Shown here: piece after piece, positions 1 to 13,447 of the stretch
Layout: each line of letters opens with the position of its first letter
Position numbering within the stretch: the stretch's first letter is position 1
Source: Marsupella aquatica
Lineage: Eukaryota > Plantae > Marchantiophyta
DNA length: 64,000 nt
NCBI GenBank assembly: GCA_973895155.1
Contig: OZ316896.1
Location: 21,519,643 to 21,583,642 of the forward strand
Direction of reading: 5' to 3'
The notes under the pieces: model-generated
The model's input: the letters and a program-made list of their open reading frames with translations, nothing else
Told to the model about the DNA's origin: nothing
The model's database searches: none
Position numbers and translations under genes: made by a program

Positions 1-1881
1 GTGTTTGATGCAGCAGGCTGCCCACACAATGCCGTATCTGTTGGAAGGCCTCAGTGCATTACCAAAACAGCAGAGGTGTGTTAGGTCCTCCACTTCGCCC
101 TAATTTTTCTCGCTGTAATCTTGAAGTTGCATCCGTTCTATTTGACGAGTTATCTTTGATATATAGCTAATCGCTGGGGATATTTTGATGCATGTGTTTC
201 TGAAGGGGCCAGATCTCTAAGTTATTTCCAAGGAGGGCAACCGATCATATTGCCAGGTGGGGATTGAAAGACCTTAGAGGTCTGCGAACATTGGAAGATT
301 TTATTTCTCGTGCTCTGGAGTTGAGAGTTTCCTCTTCATCCTCTCATAGGCTAGATCCCGTCTTCGTTTGTTATTACATAATAAATAAAGCAAAAAATAG
401 ACTGTTGCGGACAATGTTTGCAGTATCTCTTCTGACTGAGCCGTAGTCAATAAAACCTTACTCCCCCTGTATTTTGAGGAAATGAAAGACTGGATTATAA
501 TAGATGTTTCAGCCTGCGTTTTCCTAATTCGTGAACCTAGGCAAATTAATGTTTAAATAGATTTTGTTGTGAGTTTTAGACCTCTTCTTCGAGACCCTGA
601 TTGAGGACGTGGAAACTTTGTGCAGTACATGGTGATTGTAGCCACGCTCCTGACGACCTTCGCGCGCACCCAAAGAGACATGATATGCAGAAATGCTTTG
701 GTAACTGGCAATCCCTCTGCATAAGTGTTTTCATCTCTTTCAAGGAGCAATCGATCCTAGAGACGTAGTTTCGAGGTCTCATATCATGAAGGCATAATCA
801 AGGTTTACAGAAGAAATATGTTTCACGTGGACTCCTGGAGACAAAGCTTCAATGATGTTCTCGGTGGACAGAAAGCTTCACGAATGAAAAGCTTCTGAAC
901 TTTGGGATGACAAAAAAATATTTCCAGTGTCCAGAATGCAATTGAACAAAATCTTCTATTGAGACGTCACTTGTACTTGGAAATTATGCTCCTCCAAGGA
1001 TCAAATCAATGGCGACAACATGGAACAGACCTGCCACTGTACTTGCGATCCGAAGTAAATCATCTCATGTTGATTGGTCAGTCTGTCCTATTAAAACCAC
1101 GTGCTCTCCTCTTCTCCGATCTCTTATTGTATATTGTAAGCTTTGCATGACTTTCATGAACGGCTCTTTTCAGAGCGAAAGTAATTCCCCACAAAACAAT
1201 CCATCTAATGTGCACACAGACAAGGAAGGTTTGAAGCAGCCAATCTCATTCACGGGTTTTAGTCACAACGCATGGAGCACAACCGGGAACACCGTTTACT
1301 TAGAACCTTGATGAATATGTCCCCTACAAGTGACGAGACAAACAGTGGTAATTCCAAATCTTTGCGGAATTTTACAAAGCCATTGTTTTTAGAACGCAAA
1401 ACACAATCTAATTGATATTTGGATCCTTCAGCTTGGACATCATCGTTGGTCAACCCGCAGCCACAGCATCAATACTGAACGCCAAGGATTTCAAGAAGCA
1501 GGCAGGTTGCCTTGTCACCGTCATTCTGCTGTATGGAGTCATGGCGCCAATGAAACTTTATTGCAAGAAAACTCTCCAAAACCAACCATCATTCAAGAGT
1601 GAGGGTGCTAAACCTTATTGCAAGAATGCTTTCCATAAACCGTAACCATCATTTTGTAGAGAGGGCGCCAACGAATTCTCTCCAAATCCGAACTACAAGT
1701 CTTTTCTGCATAATCAATTCTGGACTGAAGCAGCTCAAGAAATCTTTTTGAAAGGACTCCAAAACGCTATTAGCAATTATGCACAAGTCAAACTTGAGCG
1801 TGAGGTCTAATGGAACGTGGGCCCTAAGTAGGTGGGCTGGTGTCAAAACGCAGTTTCAGAGAGAGAGAGAGAGAGAGAGAT

Positions 1882-2065
1882 TTATCTCTGCTGCGAAGAT
1901 TTAGCTTCGAGCCTCCCAATTGTGGGGCCCAAGGAATTGATTCAAATCGAGTAGAGCGCATCCATGATCCGAGAATTATCTCTGCTGCGAAGATTCCGCT
2001 TCGGGCCTCCCAATTGTGGGGCCCAATGAATTGATTTCAAGTCGAGTAGAGAGCATCCATGATCC
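1882..2065. repeat. Two-copy direct tandem duplication (~94-bp unit) next to a (GA)n microsatellite
   Basis: ttatctctgctgcgaagatt...gcatccatgatcc occurs at ~1882 and again at ~1976; (GA)n at 1858-1880. Confidence 0.85.
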
Positions 2066-5000
2066 AGCATTCCATCTCACCTACAGTGGAGGTGGTAGTC
2101 ACTTTTACGTCACAGCTCATCATTGCTCGATAGCTAAACAGGATATTCATATCTTTGTCTCAATTGATAATCAACACCACAAGTCCACAATTATCCTCTT
2201 TTTGTATTCTAAATGTCTTGATGTTGGAGATCTATGTGCCTAAGAACTCGGATTCTTTCTTGGAGGTTGTGAGACGACTTTTGTGGCTTGGAACTTGGAA
2301 CAGGAGGCCGTTGGGGCTTGGGCCAGGGTTGTTCCTCAAGGTTAGAGGTGTAGGCGTAATAGACCCCCAAACAACAGTTTCTTGTTTGATCAACCCCCAA
2401 AGTTTACCCCTAATTGGGTACTTCCCTTCTATAGGTTTTGGTAAAAATGTTCTTGTATGGGGCATTATATTGTGTACTATATAGCATATGAGCACGTGAA
2501 CCCAATTCATGGCATAACGGTAAGCTGTCCATGGGTGCAAATGACTTGACCAGACTGTTAACCGCTTGGTTTAGGGCCAAGCAAGACTGCAACTACCGAG
2601 GATTCCAAGAATGACGGGAAGACAATATGTGTAATGTCTTCAAATGTTCATTGTTAGATTTTCCTTACCAAAGGTGATCCAGATCATGTTCATTGTTTCA
2701 CATTTTTTTCACTACAACTTCCATCCATCATAAGGCTTGGGGAAATTGATATATCGGTACTCAAGGTTATTGCGAGGCCAATGAGTGTCTTTTGGTCAGC
2801 GTTCGCATGCTATCTGGGTGGAACTATAGGATGTGTGGTACCAAAGGAAAGGTAAACTCTCCTTTGGTACTCCCAGGTCAGTACAGTTCATGTAACATTT
2901 CAATCATAGAGTCCAATGGCATGCAAAATGTTGTAGAAGCCAAAGAGTTTCTTACACTGGTATTTCCTTTATCCATAGTAACCGCAGGGTTTCTTATGTT
3001 CCCTTGGTCTTCCTGTCTATGTCCATAGTAGCCAAAGGGTTTCTGCGATACCTTGGCAAATATTACAACAATTGAGGAGTTTCTTTCTACCGATTGATGG
3101 TTGTTTCAGAAATTGCTAATAGAAATCTCATACAATTTACTGGAAAACACTGATATATCAAAATCACAACCCATCCAAAAGTTATTTTATTTTACCCCTT
3201 TTCACCCATTCTTTGTTTATTTGAAATATTATCTTTCAGTTTTCCATTGCTTTTATAGCTACAAAAATTGTTAGAGGGGGTAGATGGGTTAGTAACAAAT
3301 GGACTTTGGATGTTGTTAAGGATATGCCTCTCAAGGGTGTGGATGATTGTTGTGGGTTGACGGGACCACATGAGATCAAGATGTGGCAAAAATTTGAATC
3401 AATCTCTCTAAAAAAACTTAGCCACTTTTGATAAAAATTGGCAATTTTACTGTCTTCCATTAGCAGGATTCACATCTAGTTACGCACCTCATTAGCCAGA
3501 ATGTAAGTAACCATTATCCTTAAATCTAGGGAAATCTAACATTCAAATTAATTGAGAAAAATTAGACAGGAAATATTTGTAGCATCTTCTCCTCCAAACA
3601 AGGTGAGAGTGGCCTGGCAAAAAGAAAGAAACCTTCAAAATTGCGCTGGTCCAGGCCCTATCCCAACTCTCTCTCCCAACTGAGCTGAAATATCTTCTTA
3701 GTTTGCTCCATTCCCCAAAGTTTTAAGTTGCTCTGCTCATGCACAAACTACTCAGGGCATCCTTCAAAAAAGGTAAGACTCCTTCCCAAAGTCCTTACTC
3801 ATTCATTGCTCTTGCCTAAACTACTCAGGGAGGGGGCGTCCTCCTTGAGTTCACAAAAGTGAAATGGCCTTCCCAACAATAATGCCACTCATGCCCTACT
3901 CAAGGGTATTTTTTATTTTTACACTTGAGCAAAGCATCGGTTCGCAGTTACTTTATAATATTTGACCATTTTCTCACTCGTCAGCAATGGAGCAACTTAT
4001 CTAAGAAAAATCTGGACACTGTCAAGTTAAATATTGAACATCAGTAAACATGCTAGAAAGCTTTGAGTCTCAACAAAGATGAAAAAGTTATCCAAATAAA
4101 TTTACAAGTCTGCCCAAAACAAATGTTTTACGCTTTGTCACTGGTCTGGAAGGATTACTTTGGATGCCCTCCTCAAAAGTGTAGCAAGTGTCCATCCAAA
4201 AGCAGCCAGTGAGTGTGAATTCAGGGTGTAAAGTTAGGCTGCATGTTCTGCAGTCCACTTGCCAATTTAGTCTCGACACTTGATGTGGACCCCATTAGCT
4301 TTTTGCCACATTTGCTAGGAATGATGAGGACCTTGGTCTGTTTGCGTTACTTTTAGTTCCTCCTTCTTGGGTTTTAGGGGTTTCCTATTGCTCACTTCTT
4401 TTGCATTTGGTTTTGTCCCCGTGGAATCTCTTTTGTTTGTTCTTTTGTACTCTATTTGGCCCTTTTGTGTAAAAAGTTTGTATATTTTAACTCTTAGTCC
4501 AAATTAATTTCATGATCCACAAGTTTTGGCCATAGAGATTGGTCATATGCCACATTGTAGAGGCGAGTGAAAAACCCCCCCAAAACACTTGGACACAACC
4601 CCGTCAAAAAGCTCTGACCATTTGCATATGGCTAAAAGCTATCATCTCTAGATATGAAGCTCTAAGATGCCCTAAAATTCTTATTTCCTGACTATAAATA
4701 TTCGACTGGGTCCCCTACTCGGCTACTCTTCCTCGTCTACACTGGCAGAGAGTGCGCTCGTGCAAAAACTGTTCCCAACAAGAGTAAAAGCTACATAATG
4801 CCAGCAAATCAGGAAAAGTGACAGAAAAGCCAAAAGTAAAGCCACGAAAGAGGGAAAGAATTGTCGGCTTCCCAGGGGCCCTAAACTTAGCTTTTTGGGT
4901 AGAGATTCTCCCTAGCTCACTCTACCCTACTACTGTAGAGTGCCTAGAGTAGGAGACAAGGGCCGCCCTGACTAGCTATGGTGCTGCACCCACACTAAGA

Positions 5001-6201
5001 AAACATTTATTTCAATTATTATAATATGGAATCCGGCCCAAACTCTCCAAGTGTGCTTACCAACTTGAAAGGAAGGAACAGAATCTAGCCGCCAAATGCA
5101 TTGGAGAATTGTTTTTGTCACTATTCGATCGTGTGAAGTGGAGTGCCCAAACAGGGCCTATTATCTTGGAGGAGGAGCTATTTACCATAGGCTACTAGGG
5201 AGTAAGTGGTGTGCGTGCAGATTATAAACATTATAATACACAATCCCTACCTTTTCCCTCATGGTTTGTGCACTTTTGGATGTAACTCATTTTGCTTGTT
5301 GGATTCAGATCTGCATTTTCCTAGTCATGAGATCTAGTATCATATACAATTTCAATGTATAAATTAAAGTATTATGGTACATGGATATAACTGTATCTAT
5401 TTGCTTCACCTTATTGTGTAAGAAGCCTCAACTCTAGTTATGCTACTAACACTAATTGTGTGGCACAGGGGAATTCGAATACCTCTCTAACTAGTCTAAA
5501 ACTTTGGTTTTTAGCAATAATTGCCAATGATTCAAGAAACTAAAGTGGGGATGGAGCTCCACATTGTTTATGAAGCCAAGATGGATTTGGCAAAGCTTGG
5601 ATGGACTTGCTCCCAAGATTAAATTTGAGTCAATCATATAACTTTGTTTACATTTTTGACTGAAATGTGACCTGTAAATGGTCTTCTTATTGTTTGTAGA
5701 CTGTTTCAGTTATGTTACCCAACCGGTCTCCTCGGTAGCATGGCTATTTGACGACCTTAAACATGAAAGACGTGAGGACATCATGCCATTACTAAGGAAC
5801 ACTGGTTTTCAGTTAACCCATATAAAAATTTCCAATTGTAGAGTGAAATCATGATTCACCATATTTGACCATCTCTGTGTTCATTGAAAATGGAGTGAAT
5901 GATCTAAAAAAAGAGTCAAACTTTGTCACACAATGTATTGGACATGAGAGACCATGCTGGAAATTTGTCAGCTTAAATTAGGATCCAGAAGTCCTTCAAA
6001 TAAATCAAACTATCCGCCAAATTCAAAGGTAAGGTTTGTGTGTCAAAATAGTTATCCTTTGTTGAATGTAATGTGCCATTTTTATGGAAAAGAAACCCCT
6101 AGATACTTCTCTACTTGCATTTTCTTTAAAGAGGTAAATTAAATTCAAAAGTGTAACATTTCAATGCATGCTAAAATAAATGAAAAACCTCCTCATATGA
6201 C

Positions 6202-7108
6202 AAAGCTGATTTTTTCCTCGCTACTCGGTAACCAACACTCCCAAAGCTGACAGGGCCCAATGTGATAAACTAAATCTATGTTGCTTTACATGCTATAACA
6301 AAGCTGATTTTTGCCTCCCTATTCGGTAACCAACACTCCCGAAGCTGATAGGGCCCAATGTGATCAACTAGATCTATGTTGCTTTACATGCTATAACAAA
6401 GCTGATTTTTGCCTCCCTATTCGGTAACCAACACTCCCGAAGCTGACAGGGCCCAATGTGATCAACTAGATCTATGTTGCTCTATACATGCTATAACAAA
6501 GCTGATTTTCCCCTCCCTATTCGGTAACCAACACTCCCGAAGCTGATAGACCCCAATGTGATAAACTAAATCTATGTTGCTGTACATGTTATAACAAAGC
6601 TGATTTTTGCCTCCCTATTCGGTAACCAACACTCCCGAAGCTGACAGGGCCCAATGAGATCAACTAGATCTATGTTGCTCTATACATGCTATAACAAAGC
6701 TGATTTTCCCCTCCCTATTCGGTAACCAACACTCCCGAAGCTGATAGACCCCAATGTGATAAACTAAATCTATGTTGCTCTACATGTTGTAACAAAGCTG
6801 ATTTTTGCCTCCCTATTCGGTAACCAACACTTCCGAAGCTGACAGGGCCCAATGTGATCAACTAGATCTATGTTGCTTTACATGCTATAACAAAGCTGAT
6901 TTTTGCCTCCCTATTCGGTAACCAACACTCGCGAAGCTGACAGGGCCCAATGTGATCAACTAGATCTATGTTGCTCTATACATGCTATAACAAAGCTGAT
7001 TTTCCCCTCCCTATTCGGTAACCAACACTCCCGAAGCTGACAGACCCCAATGTGATAAACTAAATCTATGTTGCTCTACATGTTATAACAAAGCTGATTT
7101 TTGCCTCC
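6202..7108. repeat. 98-100-bp tandem repeat array, left part (9 full units plus a truncated one)
   Basis: Unit aaagctgatttttgcctccctattcggtaaccaacactcccgaagctgacagggcccaatgtgatcaactagatctatgttgctttacatgctataac starts at 6202, 6300, 6398, 6498, 6596, 6696, 6794, 6892, 6992 and 7090; the last unit is cut by the transposon. Confidence 0.97.
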
Positions 7109-7290
7109 ATCACTATATTCATTAAAAGTGGAATTATAAAGAAGATTTGGAAATTTGGGCATTTAAAAACACACTTTTAGGCATAAGAATTGTAAATTTG
7201 AAGGATGAAAAATGAAAATTTAAGCATCATGAATTATAAATTTGGGGCAAAAAAATAGACATTTGGGCAAAGAAAATATTAATTTGGATA
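7109..7290 (+). repeat. Left TIR and AT-rich subterminal region with degenerate ~20-bp periodic repeats
   Basis: 25-bp TIR followed by recurring aaattt(g/a)...aaaa motifs at roughly 20-bp spacing. Confidence 0.7.
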
Positions 7291-7693
7291 ATATTAAAAA
7301 ACATTTGGGTGATAAAAAGTGTTCATTTGGTTGAAAATAGATAGAACGTGTGTAATAACACATAAGCTTGGATAGCATCTATACTCAAAACATCTAGCTT
7401 GGATAGGATCATTATCTAAGCAACAATGAAATGCTAGACAAGTTAAATATCTTATATTCAAACTAGGATGACATCCAAGTAACTTAGAACTGCCATCATT
7501 TTCTAGAAATATATGTACTAAGACAAAAATAACAATTTTTATCAAAAAGTCCATTCAATAACTAAGAAAGATCATAGAGTATTTGATTGCAAGCCTTGTT
7601 CTCTCACTTACTTTAGACAAATGCATGGAAATTAACTTGACCCTCCTACCTACAAGTCATTACATAGTGGACACTTGTGACCACTCTATCACT

Positions 7694-10600
7694 CTACTCA
7701 TCAATACCTTCCATGTAAGTTTTGAGAGTTTTCAAAACATTCTTGGGAATTGTCAAACCTCTATCCATAATATTTTGTTCTTTGGCACCTGACTTAAACC
7801 CATACATTGCAGAATTTGCAAATTGCCAACTTTGAGTGATAGTGTTAAACCCAGGATCTAGCTCCCAAGTCTTAGTGGTCTGAAAGCAACGTTCGTATCG
7901 AACATCATCCTTTGCATCATGCTTACCATGTTTAGGCCTCCACCATTGCACTTGGAACATAGGAGCACACCGCTTAGGAATGCTACTTAGGTGAATGCTC
8001 TTAGAAAACCTTGAAGAAGACCCTTCACTAAATTGCAAATCTAGTGAAGAAACCTCATGGTTTGGATCCACACCACCCAAAGCTCGAACTAACCAGAAAC
8101 GCCCTTTGCCATTTTTTTGCTCCCATTCATCCTCTGGACGTAAAAACACAAAGTGACCCTCTTGAATATCTTGTAGGGGAATCCAACGTGCAAGTTCTCG
8201 CTCTTCTTGTGCACCAACGAAGGGTGCAGCTTGACCTTCCATCTCTTCCATGTACTCATTTTGAAGGTCCATCATCTCTGAATTTTGAGTAGGTTCACTT
8301 GAAGGTTGAGAGGTCCCCAAAATCACCTTGTAACCTGTGCCATGGTTAGTCTTTGGCCAGAAATCAGTTGTCAATGACAATTGTCTTTCTCCCTCCCCTT
8401 CTATTGTAATTGCCTCAGAGAGTGCCATAACAAGCCTCTCCCAATATTTCACCAAAGGAAATCTCTCGCAGTATGCTGCAGAGGTCTCATCCTTGCAACT
8501 TTTCCTCAAGAAATCAATGTAACGATTAAGGAATGGGATGATTTCCTCGACTTTCTTTTGTACCTCCCCCGATATAGGTTTTGCAAATGGTTGGCCCTCC
8601 GGTAAAATGAGCGTGTTTGTGATGAGATCAGTTCTCCAAATTGACCTCCCTGTTGCTGGAAGCCAAGGTTGTTTGACATGTGCTTTATATTGATACACTG
8701 GCACATTATCCCTCATGGAGAATAGAAATGCCACTGGTTTTGAGTGACCTTCAATCTCTTTCACTTGGAAAGCCTTCAAATAGTGCTTGTAAGATGCAAC
8801 CTCCTGAATCAATCGTGGTACGGGATGGATGCTTTCACACTCCCAAACCTCAGCCATCAACGCAAGGAGGGTAGCAACCTCTTTGTACCTGACCTGTTTG
8901 GATACTCGAGAAAATAGTGCATCCACATCCTCATGGGTGTGGCCAACCATGAGGAATGACATTTGCATAGTTTCAAACACCCCCTGCTAACAAGCTCGCT
9001 GCAAAATGCCATCACATATTGATTTTTATTATATTTTCCTGAATTGTTCATCTGCAGTGTTAGGTGCCTTGGTAAGGGCTTGAAAGAGCTTGTAGTCTCA
9101 GGATCAACTCTAGAACCAGCATCTGTTGTGCTGGTTTTTTGGCTCTCCTGACCGTCATCAAGGCCTTGAAACTTGAGAATTGAAACATTTTTGGGTTCCA
9201 AGTAACCCGCTTGAAATGCTTCAAAGTCCAAAAGAGACTGAAATATTGGCCTAGTTGCATTCCAATTGAAAGCTTCAAGCATGTCTCCCGTTTTGTCTCC
9301 AGTGTAATCCTCCAAATCTCGAAGGCATTTGGCCAAAGATGTCACAGTGAAGTCTGCATCTCCAGGCCAAAGGCCAGTCAAACTAAAGTGTGCATACACT
9401 CCTGGATCCCTTCCATGGGTTAACATCCCAGTAAGGGCAATGGCCAGAGGTTGACCACTACCAGAGAGAGATTTTGGAGTGGGGACCAATCTGGGGATCC
9501 AAGTCTTGGCTTGGTCCATCTTATCATGAATAATGCAAAGATAGTTTTGAGGATCCTTCTTTGCAAGAACCCTATGAGCATAGTAAACATATCTCCTTGA
9601 CATTTGTTCACGAAGATGTCGTGCTCTTTTCTCTTCAATCTCTGCACGCTCTTTTTTTCTCTTCTCCCGCATCAATTGATCTTTGAACTCAGTGCAAAAT
9701 GTGCACTTGGCAAATGCACTGCCCTTGTGAAAGTCAAAATTATCAAAAGAATTTTTCCAGATGTTGTACATGGTAACTTCAGTAACCTTAGCATAGCCGT
9801 CCAATTCCATCTTTGCAAATACCTCTTGAAAAATCTCCTTCTTAGTGAAACATGATGGGAGTCGATATTCGACAGTATCGGTGCCGTTGGACCCACCATA
9901 GGGAAGATGTGGCATTGGTTCTCCATTTTGGATTAAAATGGACTCCAACAATGCACGAGCATGCAAGGTGCTTGATCGTGTCTTATGTTGCCCTTGATTT
10001 CCATGGAAACCAATTGTGCACCCAGCTTCGTACTGATTTTTGCAATCATCACACTATTCATTAAAAGTGTATTTTATTTTGTTCACTTTTAGGCCTCTAA
10101 AGATTCACTTTTTGATCTCTAAATGTACACTTTTTAAACCCAAAAGGTACACTAAGGTACAATACTCTACACCTAACTGATCAATTGTAAACTTGAGGGG
10201 GCAAAAATGATCTTGACTATAAGGAGTCTCATCCTAGTTCATTTACAAAGGATGAACATGGTGGTATATTTGATGGCCATCAACTTAATTTCTTGCCCAA
10301 TTGTACACTTTTTGAGGGCCAAATGTATACTTTCTATTGCCCAAGTGTTCATAAATTGAATAATAATTCACTTTTAATGAATAGATTGATAATCATAATA
10401 CTTTGCCGTACTAAACCCATGCATTTTTATGAACGCATCCTTACAAACCACACGTCCCTTTAGAACAAAAAATCCTTTTCTCTTGACTTGGTCTTCTCTA
10501 CACCCAAAAAGATTGAAGATATGACTTGTTTTGTTGTCACTTGACATTCCATGAAATTCCCTCCTTATTGCCTCCAAGTCCTCTCAAGTTGGCATGTTCA

Positions 10601-11778
10601 AGCAACACTTTAACCTGCAACAACCTTCTCTTTGGATGGAATCAATGGACTCCTCGGTGATTTTCAAAAGTGCCCTTGATTGCAAATGTTTTTTTTTTCT
10701 CCTCCAGATCCACTTTGGTCCTTCTAATGAAATTATAAGGTCTTTTTGGAGGTTTCCCATCACCATCCAAATCCGGGTCGCTCTCATTTCGACCCGATTC
10801 TATCCACACATGTGAACCTTTCTCAAGGATATCCCCGAGAAACATTTGAGATGAAATCAACAACAAAGATTTGATTTCCCACCTCACCAAACCTGGAGTA
10901 CCAGCACAGATATTTGGAAATAATGCGGGATCGTTGATATTCACAACAGCTACACCCACATGCTCTGGACCAAGAAGTTCATCATCAACAGCACCTGCTT
11001 CAAAAGGAACTGTGATAACCCCTATCGCAACCTTACGACAACGAGAAACATCATACAAGTCAACTTCCTCTGCCATCCAGTTGGAACGCATTGTAAAATC
11101 TTTCAATGGAAGATCCTTAAACAGGTTTGCACCCGGGTTTGCACCAACAAACATGCCAGAACCTCGAATAGAGCCTTTTCTTGAAACATCAGCAACATCC
11201 CACATTACCCAAGTCTGCATTGCCTCTTGCACTGTGTCAGCTCCAGGATGTGGATACGGTAGTTTTCTATTTCCCTGAACAACCTCTGATATTTGTATAC
11301 TGACACGGCCAACACCGAGTCGTTCACTATGACAAGTGTCCATTGGATTGGTATTGAAGACAACTCCTTTTGATACAAGTTCATCTAAAATGAACATCTC
11401 AACCTCCTCTCCTTCAGCAAGGTTGCCTCCTTTACCACCAACATCCATTTCGGAACATCCTTCATCCCCGTCCACTGGAGTAGGAACACCATCCACAGCG
11501 GTTCTTTTCGGCAATGTTGAAGACCTCAAATATGCCAAGGAAGAATCCCAGATCACACACGAGTCAACTGCATCACCTAGGCTCGATGATGTTTTGGATG
11601 GAAATGGTAGTGGACAAGATGTTTCAAGACACCTCTCGATAAGGACCCCAATTCGATTTTTCCCAAGACAAATATTGTGTATAGTGTCTTTGGGATCAAC
11701 CTTTTGGATGGTCCCAATTGCCACTTCAAAACCATCAATTATCAATGAAACTTCATCCCCTCGCATAAATTTACTCAT
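7694..11778 (-). pseudogene. Sola-like DDD transposase with three N-terminal En/Spm TNP1-like repeats (~1245 aa reconstructed)
   Basis: ORFs 10642-11778, 10584-10787, 10374-10577, 8857-9966 and 7694-8980 join into one protein. Motifs: CCRLKCC, VCKDAFIKMHGFS, HGNQG, CTFC, IIHDKMDQ, LQMNNSGKYNKN (expected LQMDNxxxxNKN), SFLMVGHTHEDVDALFS. Lesions: frameshift in the T-run 10689-10698, TGA at 10584-10586, MITE at 10048-10390, frameshift in the C-run 8980-8984, apparent catalytic D to N change. Confidence 0.85.
10048..10390. mobile_element. 343-bp non-autonomous element (MITE) of the same TIR family, nested in the transposase gene
   Basis: TIRs ATCACACTATTCATTAAAAGTG and ATCAATCTATTCATTAAAAGTG (20/22). 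TSD AATC at 10044-10047 and 10391-10394. Removal restores the frame AKYYD-CKNQYEAGCTIGFHGNQG...LHARALL. Subterminal tacacttttt-type repeats are present. Confidence 0.93.
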
Positions 11779-11956
11779 GGTAGCGAAAGGATCTCTGCAT
11801 CCAAAAACATTTAAAAATTGTTCAGCTGATGTGCATACTGATAAGCACTACTCTAGATATTACAATATTAGATCTAAACATTTGAATTCTATTTAAAGGA
11901 AAAAAATATTTGGGAGTTTATGTGTATTGGCTTTACACAACAGGATTCTAAGGTCA

Positions 11957-12387
11957 GGGACGCTCTTGGAGCGAGGCAAGGTTGCGACGCTCTAGGGGCG
12001 AGGCGATTGAGGGACGCTCTAGGGGCGAGGCGATGGAGGGTCGCTCTAGGGGTGAGGCAATGGAGGGTCGCTCTAGGGGCGAGGAGATGGAGGGTCGCTC
12101 TAGAGGCGAGGCGATGGAGGGACGCTCTAGGGGCAAGGTGAATGAGGGTCGCTCTAGGGGCGAGGCGATGGAGAGACACTCTAGGGGCAAGGTGAATGAG
12201 GGCCACTCTAGGGGCTAGGCGATGGAGGGTCGCTCTAGGGGCGAGGCGGTTGTGGGACGCTCTGATGGCGAGAAAATGGAGAGCGGATGCCCTTGGAGAA
12301 AAGAAAGGGCAGGATGCTCCTGATGAAAGGTAAGTGTGTGACGCTCTTGGAGCGAGGCAAGGGCATGACGCTCTTGGAGCGAGGCAA
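11957..12387. repeat. 27-bp minisatellite built on an imperfect palindrome, upstream of the transposase ATG (probable 5' intron)
   Basis: Unit gggtcgctctaggggcgaggcgatgga, about 11-12 copies at 11957-12270 plus two more near 12340 and 12367. A minus-strand acceptor tgcag lies just upstream of ATG 11778. Confidence 0.92.
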
Positions 12388-13109
12388 CGGGAGAGCAAGA
12401 AAAGATGAGCACAATCCTGGAGAAGCAAGAATTGTGAAGGAAAAGAGAAAATATGGAAATGAATAAATCAGGGGAATGATTAAGCTGAATTAGACCATTG
12501 AAGTGTGTAGACGTGTGGGTAGACGAGTGTGTCGTTAGGAACCCTACATTATCTAGGGCTTAGTTAGGTCCATATATTAAGATAAAGCTAGGGCCAAATA
12601 TTTGGTGGATATCATAGAGAAGAAATTAAGAGAATGGTAGATGAAGTAATACCTCTCTTAAGGACTATAGAAGACGTGTCGCCAACCAAGGACACCAAAA
12701 CTAATGCAATATACTTGAAACAGGACTTTCCTTGCACGAACTCTTGTAACCATAAATGTCCAAGTCAGTCGAATCAGTCACCGAACAGAAGCAAGATAGA
12801 CAAGGGCCGAAGGGCGAGACCGAGAGTGAGCAATGACCAGAAACGCACGCGCCATACAAAAGAGAGAAATGATTGGAACTGTAGAGCTTTATACCATTTG
12901 TGAGCAAGCTTTAGCCAAGTTTGTCCTGAAGGGGTTCACAACATCGAGAGGCCGAAAGTCTGATTACTCTGATCGGCATTCTGTGGACACCCGTACGACC
13001 GTGCATCATTTTTCAAAATCTATGGATACCCGTACAGCTAGGTCATTATGAGGGTTGCGAGTTCACAGGCGCGTGGAAGGGAGCAAGTGGCTGGGTTGCG
13101 TAAGGTCGG

Positions 13110-13160
13110 GTACGATCGGCCGTGGCGTACGATCGGCCGTGGCGTAGGATCGGCCGTGGC
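13110..13160. repeat. 17-bp tandem repeat (x3) in the divergent promoter region of the transposon
   Basis: gtacgatcggccgtggc repeated three times, one with a variant base. Confidence 0.9.
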
Positions 13161-13447
13161 AGTGAGGGTATAGGAAGGCAAAAGGCAAAGACATTACCTC
13201 ATTTGCCTCATTGTCTTCTTGCATCCATCTCCTCCTTCATTGTCTTCTTGCCTGGCTGCCCTGGTTTCCCTCCTCCCTCTTGCCTCGCTCATAGTAGATT
13301 TTCTTGCCTCGCTCTGTTGATTTTTCCTTGCTCATAGTAGATTTGTTTCCTTGCTCTGTAGCCTCGCTCCGTGGTGTGGTCTAGCTATAGGTGTTCTTGT
13401 ATACTAGGCTGCCACGTGTCATCTAAACGTTTGTGAGGCATTTTTCA

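Noticed and set aside
550-1830. Possible decayed transposase-like coding remnant on the minus strand
   Set aside because: Many stops and no motif I can assign confidently
6202-7108. CRISPR-like appearance of the regular repeat array
   Set aside because: The whole 98-bp unit is repeated with no unique spacers, there are no cas genes, and the context is eukaryotic
7109-7120. CACTA (En/Spm) classification, because the left end contains CACTA and the protein has TNP1-like repeats
   Set aside because: The satellite consensus and the nested MITE both put the termini at ATCA with 4-bp TSDs, the right end reads CACAG, and the catalytic core is not TnpD-like
11889-12428. Several ORFs with 9-aa repeats (LAPRATLHR and similar)
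   Set aside because: Artefacts of the 27-bp minisatellite, which is open in several frames on both strands
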